From contig OZ024745.1 in assembly GCA_964016885.1 (NCBI GenBank), positions 73,594,001-73,658,000 of the forward strand: a stretch of 64,000 bases of DNA. Reading direction: 5' to 3'. The stretch is from Eledone cirrhosa (Eukaryota). Shown one piece after another: positions 26,530 through 41,318 of this stretch. A model generated the notes under the pieces. That model searched no databases. It saw nothing but the letters and a program-made list of their open reading frames with translations, and was not told the DNA's origin. Every line of letters begins with the position of its first letter. The first letter of the stretch is position 1. A program made the position numbers and the translations under genes.

Positions 26530-27150
26530 TTTGCGCGCCAGTAATCAGATCCTTATCTACGAAGCCTACCTAGGTCAACCGTATAAATCATAAATTCGTT
26601 GTCTGCGTGGCTGACCACGTTACATTTTGGACAACAGAACATTCTATATAGACATGATCTGGATAGCCCAATATAGTTTCTCCATATCTACATCCTGGAA
26701 ATCCAGTCGGTACCTGCCAGAGAGTGAGAAATGTCTTGAGTAAGTTTGCGAATTATTATCTCATCCTCTCAGATTTGTGTGCATTTGAGAGACTGTTCCA
26801 ATCTTCCACTAGCACTGAAGAACGAGACGTTCCTGGGAGGTCCTCTTGACGCATGAACAAATTTGGCTGATCCTTTTCTGTAGAGGCCTAGGCGACTATT
26901 AGTCTGAATGTATGGTTTTCACTTACCATCCTGATCCTGGAAATTGAAACTAAACATTTCCGAAACAACACAGCGACTCTGCCTCCCATACAACCCGTCG
27001 CCAGCGAAGATGGGTTTGAAGGATCATGCCTAAGAAATTCTGGTCACGTTGATGGCCACCAAATATAGTGACCTGAGGTTGTTGAGGAGAAGATCTTGCT
27101 TTCAAAGTGATCCCATAATTCGTACTTTATATTATGAGCATGGCCATGTT
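26530..27150 (-). mobile_element. Old Tx1-like APE endonuclease fragment
   Basis: The reverse complement resembles 38270-39030 (CAACAACCTCAGGTCACT, GAGTCGCTGTGTTGTTTCGGA, GGAACGTCTCGTTCT, CAGGTACCGACTGGATTTCC). Confidence 0.65.
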
Positions 27151-28721
27151 TGTTCAAGTAAGAGGAAAATGAGAACGACTATTTATCTTACTCCTGTGGA
27201 AGAACATGTGATCTGTTCTCCCTGTCTAATACTGGGGGCCAATATTTCCTCCGTGTCTCTTGCTCACATCCATTCTATCACCCTCTATCCTTCTCTGGAA
27301 GAAATTTGCTATATTCAAACCTGGAGTCTTTACAAAGTCTGTTCCAACAGTCTGACTGTCTTCCACAATCTCAATTATTAGCAATATTAGCAATGTATGG
27401 ATTTGTACTCCAAGGAGGGGGAAACATGATGTAGCTTTCTCTACTGTCTTAGGATTAGGAGAAGCTACCTCGGCATCGTCCGTTTCAGAAACCGAGAAGG
27501 AAATAGATTTTCCCGTCATCTGTTTGTGTTTGCAATATTTGTGTTAGATTTCAGTTTATCCTAGATAATTCCGTGCAATGGAATCAATAATTATTGCAAC
27601 TCATAAAAAATACATCTTAAACCGCCAATATCACAATTATGAATATACAATACACTACTTTGCACCCCCCCACCTTTCTCTCTTTCTCTGTTTCAGGTAC
27701 ATCCAAATATAATATTCAGTCAATTAAGTTCATTAAACGTTCCATCCAACTCTTTAAAAGCCATATCCCCACTTCATCGTCATTTATTAGTATCTGTTTC
27801 TCTCACGATTTTTTTTTGTTTAATTCAGCACAGTTATATATCCTCCTCTTCTCTTTGTCGTTTTCTAACTCACTCTGTATTGTAACTGCATCTCTTATCT
27901 TTCCTACATTTCAATGCAAGTTAATCTTTCTTTTTCATTCATACAAATAACACTCATTTAACGGTTACTTTCATCCCACATTTTGAAAGATTTACCTTTG
28001 CTGGAAACGACAGACCCAACCTCAATATTCAACAAACAAAACATGGACAATCTAAAAGAGAATTTTGCCATGTATTATATCCTCCTTTCTATTGATCGTC
28101 ATTTATGATGTCCTATTGAAGTTAGAAACATAGCAGTATAGTTTCACGATATTCCAACATGAGATTCTTTCATATGAGAATTATCTTTTGTAGAATTTGA
28201 TTTCTTGAATCTGCAATATTGATTTCTAGCATTGATAAAAGGTTACACATTTCTAGAAATGGCAGATATAGTCGATTGAATCGACTCCAGTGTACATGTG
28301 CTTACATATTTCATCTACCCGAGAGGGATAAAAGGTGAAATCAATATGGACGGAAATGGAACTGAGTACATAGTAGGGAAACTAAATATTGAACGGCCTT
28401 TAGCCCGGTGCAGTACTATTTGTACCACTATTCTAATCTAATGCCTTTTTGAAATACATCCTTTTTGTATTAGAAGAATCAGTAGAGCGAAAGTCCAAAT
28501 GCTACACAGTATTTAGTTCTGTCCTGATTTCAAGTCCCACAAAAGTCAATATTCTTCACTGAGTACCAGTGATTGGTATAATCGACTCTACTCACGTATC
28601 GTAATATTGTAAAAAGAACAAGTGTCTTTTGTGGTTATGAAAATGGAAAAGGAAGGTAAAGGCAAGGGCTCTAGGGTTACAGAAGAATGGGAGGGGGAAG
28701 GAGGGGTGATGGATTCTAGGC

Positions 28722-28870
28722 CTAGGGCACGGCAATACCGGGGTTTGTAGCCGAAGCGACTAATTTGGAGGTGAAGAACGTGTCACATGTGGCGTCCCAG
28801 ATGAGCGATCTATTTCCTTCGAATAGGAAGGGAGTAATTCCATTGGGGAGCTTGCCGTCTCTGCAACCGA
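28722..28870 (-). mobile_element. CRE-clade non-LTR RLE fragment
   Basis: CRDGKLPNGITPFLFEGNRSLIWDATCDT resembles the DGKRPDG.T..PW..G..L.WDATC.DT motif. Confidence 0.7.
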
Positions 28871-29024
28871 GGCTTGCTGACATGCTTGAACTCGATATTA
28901 TCAAGAGTTGGCAGCAGAACTCCATGCTGTAAAAAGCAAGCTTCCGGAAAACCAAGAACGTAGTACGGTTTTAGTCCTAGTTTGATACAGTTCATTTTAC
29001 TTATACTTATTTGTTAATATAATT

Positions 29025-29229
29025 AGGGGCTGCTGAAAAGTTCCTGGCTTGATCACTACTACAGAGACCTGGCTGGAGGCCCAACCTTCTAAGTTCTTTT
29101 TACTGGGCTTAGAAAACAGAAGGATCACTTCAATAAGTTTGTGAATCTGAGAGGAGTAAAATCATAATTAACTGATCCACCAGTATTTTCTTTTACCCAA
29201 AGCCAGGAACTATTCAGTAACCCCTCGTA
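29025..29229 (+). mobile_element. Internally deleted mariner element (MITE)
   Basis: TIRs AGGGGCTGCTGAAAAGTTCCTGGCTT and AAGCCAGGAACTATTCAGTAACCCCTCGTA. The interior gives WLEAQPSKFFLLGL..KDHFNKFVNLRG (one frameshift), matching a mariner transposase C-terminus. Confidence 0.8.
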
Positions 29230-29546
29230 CATCAAAAGTACAATATTCTAATTCCAAGAATATTCGACAGGAGTACATAATGAAAACTATTAAAGTGACA
29301 AGGGATCGAAGCAGTAGTACGCATTTCCTTCTTGTTTATTCTGAGTTTAAATCCTTCTGGCATTTAATATGTCTTTTGCTCTTAAATAGATAAATTAACC
29401 AAAATAATACGCCACTGGTGTTTGTACACACATGCATAGCTGCAGTCAGAGCTTCGATTATGCTGAACTTCCATTTGTATATATATATAACTTATTTTAT
29501 TTAACAATGATAACAAAGGCAAGTTATTTTACATATCTCATTCATT

Positions 29547-29657
29547 GTTTTACGATCGTTTCGGAGGGTTGGTCATATATTGACTGATCTATAGCAGTTA
29601 GAGAACTGTATACTATCAGACATAATATATGGGTTCGATCATACCATCTTCGGAAAC
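29547..29657 (-). ncRNA. Hammerhead-like motif with ~85-nt stem II (core CCGAAGA)
   Basis: Minus strand reads GTTT-CCGAAGA-[...CATATATT...CAGTT ctct AACTG...AATATATG...]-GAAA-CGATCG-TA-AAAC. The base of stem II is degraded. Confidence 0.55.
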
Positions 29658-29792
29658 TACGGTGTAGACCCTACCACGAAAGGTAGACCACATTGTCTAT
29701 ATATCTTTCAGAAGATCCTGTTAAGGGTGAAAGCAGCGATTCTTTGCTTAAACTTTAATCTGTTACTTTAATATATATATATATATATATAA

Positions 29793-30134
29793 TTAGAAAG
29801 TGAGGTTTTTTTACAAAATGAAAAAAAAACGAGGTGTCCTACACGAGTGAAAGTATAAAGAAAAAAAGATGAAATCGAAAATGCAACTGGAGTCTTATTT
29901 AAAAAAAAATATATATATTTATTTGGTTCCTTTACCGGTTCCGCAGTTCTTCTGCTTTTCAAATGTCGAGTTGAGATAGACCCTCCATCTCAACTCTACT
30001 TTTGAAAAGCAGAAGAACTGCGAAACCGGTAAAGGAACCAAATAAATATATATATTTTTAAAAAAATAAGACTCCAGTTGCATTTTCGATTTCATCTTTT
30101 TATCTTTACATATATATATAAAGAAAAAAAGATG

Positions 30135-30138
<4 letters not shown>
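29793..30138. mobile_element. Second fold-back copy of the U3-A8 HHR family (+ strand HHR at 29995-30037)
   Basis: Same extension-plus-inverted-arm layout as 1841-2170. The minus-arm GAAA is mutated to GGAA. A further short inverted tail stub lies at 30115-30138. Confidence 0.8.
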
Positions 30139-30225
<87 letters not shown>

Positions 30226-30388
30226 TATACATATATATATACATATATATATATATACATATATATATACATATATATACATATATATATATACATATAT
30301 ATGTAGGAGGTGAGTTTTATTGTAGTACAATAAAGCAATGCAGATATCGGATAAGAAGCACTCTACAGTTTGTAGGACTGGAGTATAC

Positions 30389-30872
<484 letters not shown>

Positions 30873-30877
30873 TATAC

Positions 30878-30910
<33 letters not shown>

Positions 30911-30945
30911 CATATATATATACATATATATACATATATATATAC

Positions 30946-30994
<49 letters not shown>

Positions 30995-31029
30995 CATACA
31001 TATATATATACACATATATATACATATAC

Positions 31030-31187
<158 letters not shown>

Positions 31188-31654
31188 TCGTCTGCAACTG
31201 TTTAAAATTTACATATAAACACATATACACATTATTCATGTCCTATCCGAGTCGTGTAGCTACAATAAGAAGTTTACTTTCAAATCACAAGATCCTAGGT
31301 CATAACCCTATATTTGCTCCTGTCGATCATACATTTATTCCTGTATGTCATTTGTACATATATACTGAACATTAATGTAATTATATCCTAGAAATAAATC
31401 ATCAAAATACCATTTTTATCTTGAACAACTTCCACGTGTCAGTAATCAACATAAACTATAAGGTTTCTTTAATGCAGACCATTAATTTATCATAATGCAA
31501 TGAATAAATAAATCAACTTCAATACTATATAAATATATGCGTGTGTGTGTGTAATTATGTATTTGAATTTCGTATATCTACGAAATAAACATACCGTATA
31601 TCTTTAGATATAAGAAATTCACATACATATTTGTATACAGGTATTTAAAAGCTA

Positions 31655-31780
<126 letters not shown>

Positions 31781-31802
31781 GTATGTATACATACACACAC
31801 AC

Positions 31803-31887
<85 letters not shown>

Positions 31888-32082
31888 GTATATTAGGGAG
31901 AGGATCAGGGGTGTATAACACTCCACTTATCCAACAGGCAGTATAAGGCTAGCTCGATGTCTGAGGACAGAGCCGTGATATAATCAACAACAAAGAACGC
32001 CTATAGCATATGCATATCTTTACATTCATATAAACTGGGAAAAATTAATGGTCTTAAGAGAAATCTCTCTCTCTACACACAC

Positions 32083-32194
<112 letters not shown>

Positions 32195-32430
32195 GATAAC
32201 AATTTATCGTTATAGGTAATCCAGTTAGAGATAATCCAGTTAGAGGTAATCCGGTTAGAGTACTCCGCGTCGTGGATGGTTTTAACGTACGGCTTTGTTT
32301 GATTCAACAAGATGCTTCCATAGTTATGCAGCGAGTTCGCGGTAATTTCTATGCAGGTTATACTTGGAGTAATAATAGTTAAAGAAATAAGAGTAACATA
32401 GTTGGCTGTACAATAAGGGCTTTATTTAAA

Positions 32431-32543
32431 GTACTGACAATTGTTTCGATGATCAGGTGAGTCTAGAGTTCGGTAATCGCTTGATCGGTTGCGTCAATCG
32501 ATCTCCAATACATTGTTTACCACTGGCCAACACATCAGAGCAC
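32431..32543 (-). ncRNA. Type I hammerhead with long stem II (A9U in this copy) at the 5' end of a ~350-bp insert (32192-32545) in (TA)n
   Basis: Minus strand reads GTGCT-CTGATGT-GTTGGCCAG...CTGATCATC-GAAA-CAATTG-TC^AGTAC-TTTAAATAAA. Confidence 0.65.
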
Positions 32544-32814
<271 letters not shown>

Positions 32815-32847
32815 CAACAACAAAGAACGCCTATAGCATATGCATAT

Positions 32848-32905
32848 CTTTACTTGCTAACATTGTTTCATCCGCACTATAAGTGGGACTCATCAGAGCA
32901 TAAAG
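32848..32905 (-). ncRNA. Type I hammerhead ribozyme with canonical core
   Basis: Minus strand reads CTTTATGCT-CTGATGA-GTCCCACT tat AGTG c GGAT-GAAA-CAATG-TT^AGCA ag TAAAG. Stems I and II pair, and stem III ACAATGT is pseudo-palindromic. Confidence 0.85.
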
Positions 32906-33014
32906 GTTGATTACATATCACACAAGCAATAACAAATCCAAGACATTGAAGACATAAAGAATAAAAAATAATAAAAGATAAAAAATATTGAGGTAAAAAT
33001 ATTGAAGTAAAAAT

Positions 33015-33545
33015 AAAAATAAACATTGAAAAATAAACATTGAAAAATAAACATTGAAAAATAAACATTGAAAAATAATTGAAAAATAAGGGGTGCTATC
33101 AGTCACAGTTGGGCGGGGTGCTGTCAACATATAGTTACATACAAGCATACACATGGATAAGAGAACAGACAAGAATAGATAAGATAGATAGGATTAGGTA
33201 AGAATAGATAAAAAATAGGTGAAAAATAGGTAAAAAATAGACATATAATATATATAAGAAAATATAAAAAACATACATATAAAATATACAGATAATAGTG
33301 ATACAGGGTAAGGAATGAAATAAGATAAAATAAAATAAAATTAAAATTAAAATTATATAAAATAAAATATAATATAATATAATAATAAAATAAGGTAAAA
33401 TAAAATAAAATAAAATAAAATAAAATAAAATAAAATAAACTAAAATAAAATAATATAATATAAGATATAATTAAATTAAATTAAATAAATAAATAAAATT
33501 AAATAAAATGAAATGAAATAAAATAAAATAAAATAAAGTAAATTG
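33015..33545. repeat. 14-bp AAATAAACATTGAA repeats and degenerate (AAAAT)n
   Basis: Directly visible. Confidence 0.85.
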
Positions 33546-33587
33546 AGATAAGATATATATTTTTTTAGAATATATTTCTATGGAAGC

Positions 33588-33621
<34 letters not shown>

Positions 33622-36119
33622 AGAGAGAGATTTCTCTTAAGACCATTAATTTTTCCCAGTTTATATGAATGTCCATATATTCAGTAATCCTGGTATATAT
33701 GGCATACCAATCACGGACTCCAAAGGTTAAATAAATTCAACGCTATTGCGGTTACTATTAACTGCACTAGCTCACAAGTAGAAAATATAATAAATGAATA
33801 ATACAGAAGTAGATTCGATTCTTCACAACGCTCTCCTATAGGAACTGGACTTATACTTACTCCAAAGAAATCATTTACTTTTTTGTGGCGAGTGTTATTA
33901 AGTAAGAGGTAATCTCACAGATAATTGAGTCCACAACTTGGTTTCTATTCCCTGTTAAAATCAATTTGATTCATTTCCCCTACTAATACTTTTGTGTTCG
34001 GTTAATAAAAACCAAAATTGCTTTACTCATTTTGTACAGAATAGAAATTACATTTCAAGACTTTTTATTGTTTTTTTTTAAATGAAAATTTTATACGGAT
34101 AACACGAATATTCTGTTACCGAAAGCCAGAAACAGAGAAAACAGACAAGAGAAAACGATGTAATTAAATAAAAAATAAATTTAATCGAAACTGCAATTTC
34201 TGGGGCTTTTTATATTATAATAACCTGGCACACTGAGAAACACGTGTTTGTTGTTTTGGGACAATGTTTTCATTCTTAGTTGAGTTGTTTCTCACTATAA
34301 CAGTGCGTGTTTGTGTATGTGTGTATTAGACAGGTAGGGAGATAGATAAATAGGTAGATAGATAGATAGATAGAGTGAAATAGAGAGAGAGAGAGAGCGT
34401 GATGGGCGGAGAAGAGCGAGGGAAAAATAAATAATAATTTTGTTATTGTTGCATTGTTTTTTTTTTTTGTTTTTTTTTACGCTGTTTTATTGTATTCGTA
34501 TTTTTATTTTTGGTTTGGGGCCCAAGCTGTTGACCTCCTCGTGGTGGGCCCTGAAAACTGATCACTGATCTTGATCAGGCGGACGACAGCAACCAGAAAC
34601 AACAACAGTCTCATACGCAAGAAGACAAAGAAGGCTTTTTTGCTTTTTATTGTATTGTATTGAATTGTATTGTATTGTAATGCATAATATTGTATTATTG
34701 TATTATATGTAGGTATTAGTCAACTGTAACACAACGAACTAGCCAATGAAGGGCTGTCAGTTCTTTCGTTCACTCGTTCTTTCTTTCTGATGTGCCGAAT
34801 CTCCATAAATTTCAATTATTGATAGAATGACCATAACGTGTAGCACTATTTATCATCAATCTATTTATCTTCATGTGGTTGTTAATGTTTTGTTACGTGA
34901 CAGCTCTAATCAGCAGAATTATGGTTAAAACATTCCATCTGTAACAACCCACTTCTGACTATCTGATGTTTTTTTCTAAGATGGCTGAGTGCGATTTCAG
35001 AAAGATTTACTGATATTACTAACATGCTGGGCAACTAAGCAGATATTCTTTTGTTTGGCAGAGTCTATACACTTCCATGCATAGATCTGAAGTCGAACTT
35101 TGCTTTAAAAGCTAATGAAACGCTCGTTCATTTTATAGTGCAGTGAATGCATACAGAGTTGTCTCTCCAGCAGTGCTTAGTTACATATCGTTGAACTCCG
35201 TCCTTTGAGAGTTTATTAGCAACAGTCAAAGTCCCGTATCGATGACAATGTTAAAAAACCTGTCGAGCTATTCACTATTGATTTGTCCATCTGTATTTTC
35301 AGTCATCACAAATAAAAAGAAACAGTTTATTTTGGTGCATCACACTTCTGATACAAGAGCAAACAAAATCTCGTTTATTTATGTAAAATGTCAAAAGTAA
35401 TATTTTAACAATGCGAGATTGTCATTTCATTTTAAAAACAACAGAAATAAAAATAAAAAAGAAGCTGTTTTCTTTTTGACATTGAGAAACATATTGTTCT
35501 TATATATGTGAAGAAATAAATGCAGTAGTTTGAGAAGCTTACCTAATATCTGTCATACACTAAAAAGATATACGTGATAAATTTAGAATAAAAAAAATGA
35601 TTTCTTATAAGAAATCAGAATAAAAAATAATAAAAACAAAAATCTAAGCTCACTATTTTATATCACATCTACTACATTTGACAAGTTATATCAGTTGAGA
35701 AGCTTACCTTAATATCTGTCATATAGTAATAAAAATATAAGTGAAAAATTTCGATTAAAAGAATAATTTAAAAAAAAATCAACCTAACTATCACATCTGC
35801 TACAGTTGACAAATCATATCAATTGTGTTTTCAAAAGTATGACATATGTCATTGCTGCTTTGTTGTTGTTATTATTGTTATTATTATTATTATTATTATT
35901 ATTGAATGCTATGGTTGACGGAGGCTCGGCTCTGTAAGGTATTGTAAATTTTGAACGCTATAACAATTGTAAATTGTTTAAAACTTTAACGAATTTTAGA
36001 CAAAAACACCCTCCTCCTCGTGAGAGGGGTCTTTCTGCCCGTTATTTGGCCCTTCGGGGTTAAATAACTGCTTATTGGGGTTTTGTGCCCAATATTTATT
36101 TTAAACAAAAAAAAACAAC

Positions 36120-38223
36120 GTGGCTACGAAAAAGAATTTTCATAGGTCACTCCCACTCATTCCGTCTTCTTCTTCCTCAATCATCACTACAGCAGAGAGA
36201 AGACTGTCTCTCTCCCTCCCTTCTTTAAATGTGTCTCTCTCCCTCCCTTCTCTTTCGCAAGCGACGACAGAAAAGAAAAGTCTCGTGCAAAGCGTGCAAG
36301 ATTTCTCCACGACGACGACGACAACGACGAAACAGGTGTGCGGGAAATACGAAAACCCATTTCATTCGTCTGACGCCAGGAATAATAGCAGTAGCAGCCG
36401 TAATAACAACAGCAACAGTGACAATGAAAACAACAGTAGCAGCCGCAACAGCATCACCAGCAGCATAAACAACAACAGCATTAGCAGCAGCAACACCAAC
36501 AACAACCACAGCAACAGTGGCGGAGGCAGTAGTCGTAGTACCTGCAGCAACAACAAAAGTACCAGCAGCTCTGACGACAACAACAACAATAGCAGCAAAG
36601 AAAAACCAATCTCATTTGCAGGCATTGCGAAAAACTTGGAAACAATCCTCATAACAAATGACGAATTAGAGGAAGCGAAGAAGATGGTAACAAAGAATGG
36701 ACACCGAGCAATCTGCAAGGAAGCGGAAAAATGTTTCGAAACCCAACAGCACTGTACGGTCACGTACCGTACAGTAAGTACAAAATCCCGTAGGGTGGAA
36801 AGAGCCACAAAGGCTCAAATACAAAAAGCCTTGGGGTTTGTGTGGCAGCGGAAAACGCACATCACCCGAGGCAAAAAGTATGCCACCGTGGACGTACTTT
36901 TTGCCACACCCCAGGAGGCAAAGGCTCAATCCGTAGTGACCCTAAGGAGCGAGGAAATGGTGTTGGTGCCCTCCTACTGCGGGCAAAAAATTGTGAGGGT
37001 CAAACTGACCCACGTCCCCCCCGGAATGGCCCCTTCTTGGCTGGCCGCGTCTGTCCTCGTCGGAATCGAGGACAAAACAACTGTACTGCAAGTACAGAAA
37101 AAAAGTAAGAGAAGATTGGGTCGGCACCTCCATTGAGATGTTAATCCAAACCAACCAGGAGTGCATCGAAGCTATCCCGGATGTGATAGACTTCGATAAC
37201 GGCACTCAACTACCCATAAGTGTTGAGGGCAAACGACCGAAATGCTTTCGCTGTGGATCGAAGACTCGCCTCAGGGTCTTCTGCAACGAGACGACCCTGA
37301 GAAAGGAGACCCTCCCCCTCCTTCCGAAACCGGCTCCACGGCTACCAGCAACAGGACAAGCGGCAACCAGGAACGATAGGTCCGTGGCACCCATACCCAC
37401 GCCACGGAAATCAAAAACAGCAGCAGCAGTGGAAATATTAACAACAACAACAGCAATACCAAATGCAGTTGCAACAGAGACTCCAGTGCAAACATCACCA
37501 ACAACAACAAGTGAAAGAGTGGACCTGGTACCCCTCCCCGACCTCACAGAATCAGACATAGAGTGTGAGGTGGGAGAGGGATGGCAAAAGGTCGTAAGAA
37601 GGCACAAACGCAGAAGCAGCGCATCATCGCCTTTGAAAAGGGAGGAAAGAAATGAGAAAAGGGTAAAGTCTACTGCAAAGAGACTCACAGCAGCAACACA
37701 ACCAACACCATCACCACCCACACTAGCACCACCATCACCACCGGCGAAAACCCCACCGCCAACAACATCTTTAACACCACCACCACAAGCACCAACATCG
37801 CAAACACAACAACAAAACACACACACCCAGCAACAACGACAAGAAAATAGCAGAACCACACCCCACCCCCAGAAAAACAAATGCACGTCAATAAATACAC
37901 ACAACAAGAAACTAATGACTTACATAATTGAACACACAGACATTTCACAACACGACTACATAATACCAGCACCAATCAAAACGCCAACTAACATAAGACT
38001 GCTAAAAATAGCACAGAAACAATACACAAACATTAAAACGAAATTCCCCAACGCAGTTGGTGATTTCAGGGACCTAGGAGGAACTATCAATCGAAGAGTA
38101 TATTCGGACATACTCATAGAAGAGCCGACGACCAGCCGAAGGGACGATTCGACGGTCCCTTCACCAGACGATCAAGTGAAAAGGGATGTAAAAACCATCC
38201 CTCCTCTACGAAAAGTACGGTAA
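36120..38223 (+). pseudogene. LINE ORF1 (gag-like), split by a frameshift in the A-run near 37100
   Basis: ORFs 36120-37136 and 37138-38223 join by a 1-nt shift (VQK..VREDWVGTSIEMLIQ). Zinc knuckle CFRCGSKTRLRVFC has His replaced by Arg. Pro/Thr-rich tail. The true start is uncertain. Confidence 0.8.
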
Positions 38224-38258
38224 GTGGTCTTTCCCATCTTTTCCACTCTATTTTAAAC

Positions 38259-41069
38259 ATGACCTCACTCAGAATAGGCAGCATAAATGCGCGTGGCTTG
38301 GGGTCGTCATGGAAGCAGGGTCACCTGCTCAACGACCTCAGGTCACTAAACATAGATGTAGTGGCCATCAGCGAGACCAGAATCTCCGAAGCACGGGCCT
38401 TCGCACCGATCTTCGGCGGCTATGATGTGTACGCATCTTCCAGCCGTCCTGGATCGGGGGAAGGAGTTGCTGTGCTTTTTCGGAGAGGTTTGGATGTCGC
38501 CATACGGGCCATCTTCCTGGACCCAGAGGGTAAGCTGGTGGTGCTGGACGTGACCAGCGGAGACGGGCAAGCTTTCAGGCTAGTGGCCGTCTATGCCCCG
38601 ACAGGAGCAGGGCGGTCTGATTTCTTCCGGCGTCTGGACACCTTTCTTGGAACGTCCCGCTCTTTAGTGTTAGTGGGCGACTGGAACGGGATCTTAGATG
38701 CATGCTGGGACTGTGTGGGATCAGCGGATAGGGGTGGATGGTGCAAGAGCCTCACCAACCTGCTCAGGCGTTTTGAACTGTCTGACAGGTACCGATTGGA
38801 TTTCCCGAATGTGCCAATGTGGACTTGGACAAATCGCATAGGGTCATCCAGATCATATCTAGATAGAGTATTTTGTAGGGAAATAGATAGGTCTAGCTTA
38901 GGCTGTCCACAATTCAAGATAGTCAGCTACACGGACCACAAATTCGTGATCTGTGTGCTTGACTTAGATAGGCTTCATAGACGAGGACCCGGCTACTGGA
39001 AGCTAAACGCGTCCTTACCAGCGCGCAAGGCCTACAGAGACCGGATTAGCGAACTAGTTAAGCGGGCGTTGACGGGGGCCATCGTCAACAACAAGTGGTG
39101 GTTTGCTCTGAAAAGAGCGATTAGAATAGAATCCATTAGGTTTAGTAAGGCTTTAGCAATAGAGAAAAATAGAGCAGAGGGAGAACTAGTTAGAAAATTA
39201 GACGAGGCGCTTAGCAAAGGCATTGTGACCGACGTGCTTGCGGCGAAATTGGCCCTTGACCAATTCTTCAATGCAAAGCACGAAGGCTGCGTTGTCAGAG
39301 CAAGGGTGCGTGCTCTCAGACACGAGGGGACGAAAGCCGTTCAATGGGCCCGAGTGGCGGAGGCGCGTCGTGGCAACAAAGCCACGATCCGGTCTTTGGT
39401 GGACCACGACGGGTGCATGCTACTCGATCCCGGGCAAATGTGTGAAGCTTTTCAGCGACACTTCGCTCAGCTGTTCGGGGGCAGCGGTGGGCCGAGTCGA
39501 GGGATCGACTTTAGTGTCTACCTCGACGGACTGCCGCGGCTCTCGGCCACTGAGGCGAAGTGTTGCGAAAAGCTGATAACAGCCGCTGAAGTAAGGGAGG
39601 CAATGACTGGCTGCACAAGGAGTAAATCGCCTGGTTTGGATGGTCTGCCCTATGAACTTTACGTACAGATGCCAGACTTGTTCGGAGGCCTCTTGACGGA
39701 CGTCTACTGCAACTGGCAACAGAACGGGAGAATTCCCAGTTCTGTGAGCCGAGGAGCCGTGGCACTGCTGAGAAAGGATCCGAACAAGGGGGATAACATA
39801 GATAATTACCGGCCCATAACTCTGCTAAACACAGAGTTCAAGATTTTGGCCAAGGTGCTAGCAAAGAGGTTGGCGCTTGTCGTTGGTGGTCTGGTGGGAG
39901 AGGCGCAGACATGCGCCATACCCGACAGATCCATCCACGACAACCTCCACCTCATGTGATACATCGTAGAGAGGGTAGCTAGGGAACCTGGCACGGGTGG
40001 GTCCTTGATCAATTTAGATCAGTCGAAAGCTTTCGATAGGGTCGACCATCGTTACCTAGCGGCAGTCCTGGGGGCGGCTGGCTTTGGGCCCGTCTTCAGA
40101 GGCTGGATCGCTGCCATGCACAGTGACATCTGCTAAGGGACGTGTCTGATGGTCAGGCGGTTCATCTGTTGTCAACACCCGCTACGTGGAGGGCTGGGCA
40201 TGCCGTGGCTGATGATGCGCAGGCACGCGCTCAGGCTACGACATCTCCACCTCTTCCTCGACGGTGATCAGGTGTGGTCGCCGTTTGCTAGACACGTATT
40301 TCCCCAGCTCGTTTCCTTGACGGAGCTGCAGTCCTGGGTCAAGCGAAGACCGAGAGGGAGCGCCTGGAGACTGGAATGTCTTCAGGCGCTCACAGCCCTC
40401 GACCAATCGGGCAATGTGATCGGTGGAAACTCCACCTCGGCGTTCTATAGAGGATTAGTGGAGGGGAAGAGCGACGACGTACTTGGGGAAACTCTAGGCG
40501 TCGACGAAAATCAACTATCCAATCTCCTCGGAAGAACTTTCGGGCCAGGGCCTATGGACAACTTCCAGAAATCTCTGGCCTGGCAGTGCTACCGAGGAGC
40601 CTTGCCAGTTCGGGATAAACTCTACAGGCATGGAGGTGCCGTCAGCCGGGCATGTCCGAGATGCGCGCAGGGCGACGAAACCGTCCTGCACGCACTCGTC
40701 CAGTGTCCGAGCATTGCTGACTTGTGGGTTTATGTCGAACACCTGCTGTCGCGTTTCGGACGGATCCGGCTATCATCTGAGTCCATCGTGAGGATTGCCC
40801 CGCCCTCCTCCTTTAGCCGGGAAGGGCAGGCAGTTTTTATCTGTTTGGTGGCCATGGCGAAAGAGATAGCATGGTGGACACGTTTGAAAGGGCTGAAGAC
40901 GATCACTTACCTCTTCGGTGATGCTCTGATTGACTTTTTCAAATTTCATTTGAAAAGGAAAATCAGAGTACAGAGGGAAGTGCTCTCTTCCCAGCATTTT
41001 GTTAAAAGATGGGTGAGAGAAGCAAGAATGGCCCGAGTGAATGGGCCTACTCTGAGTATATATCTGTAA
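38259..41069 (+). pseudogene. LINE ORF2: APE endonuclease, RT N-terminal half, and zf-RVT C-terminus
   Basis: SINARGL, SET, VYAP, GDWN, SYLDR, YTDH, GYWKLN, KSPGLDG, YRPITLLN. TGA at 39957 is followed in frame by LDQSKAFDRVDH. The QGCPLSP/YADD region is missing after ~40133. GGLGMP and CPRC..ETVLHALVQC follow. Confidence 0.92.
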
Positions 41070-41318
41070 ATTAAAGGTGGAAAACTGGGAGAGGGCACTT
41101 GCCTTGGTGGTCAGGGTCATTGGGGCCTTTTACTGGGCTTTCTTCACAAATGTCCCTCCGAAGTCTCCCCCCTATTGGGGAATTTTTCATTGTTATTTTT
41201 TGTTACATCCTCTGTTTTGGTTTTTTACACGCAGAAATGCCCATTTGTACCGTCCTGTATTGTCCTGTACTGTCCTTAATGTCTACTTTATGTAAACCCT
41301 TGTGGTTAATAAAGAAAA

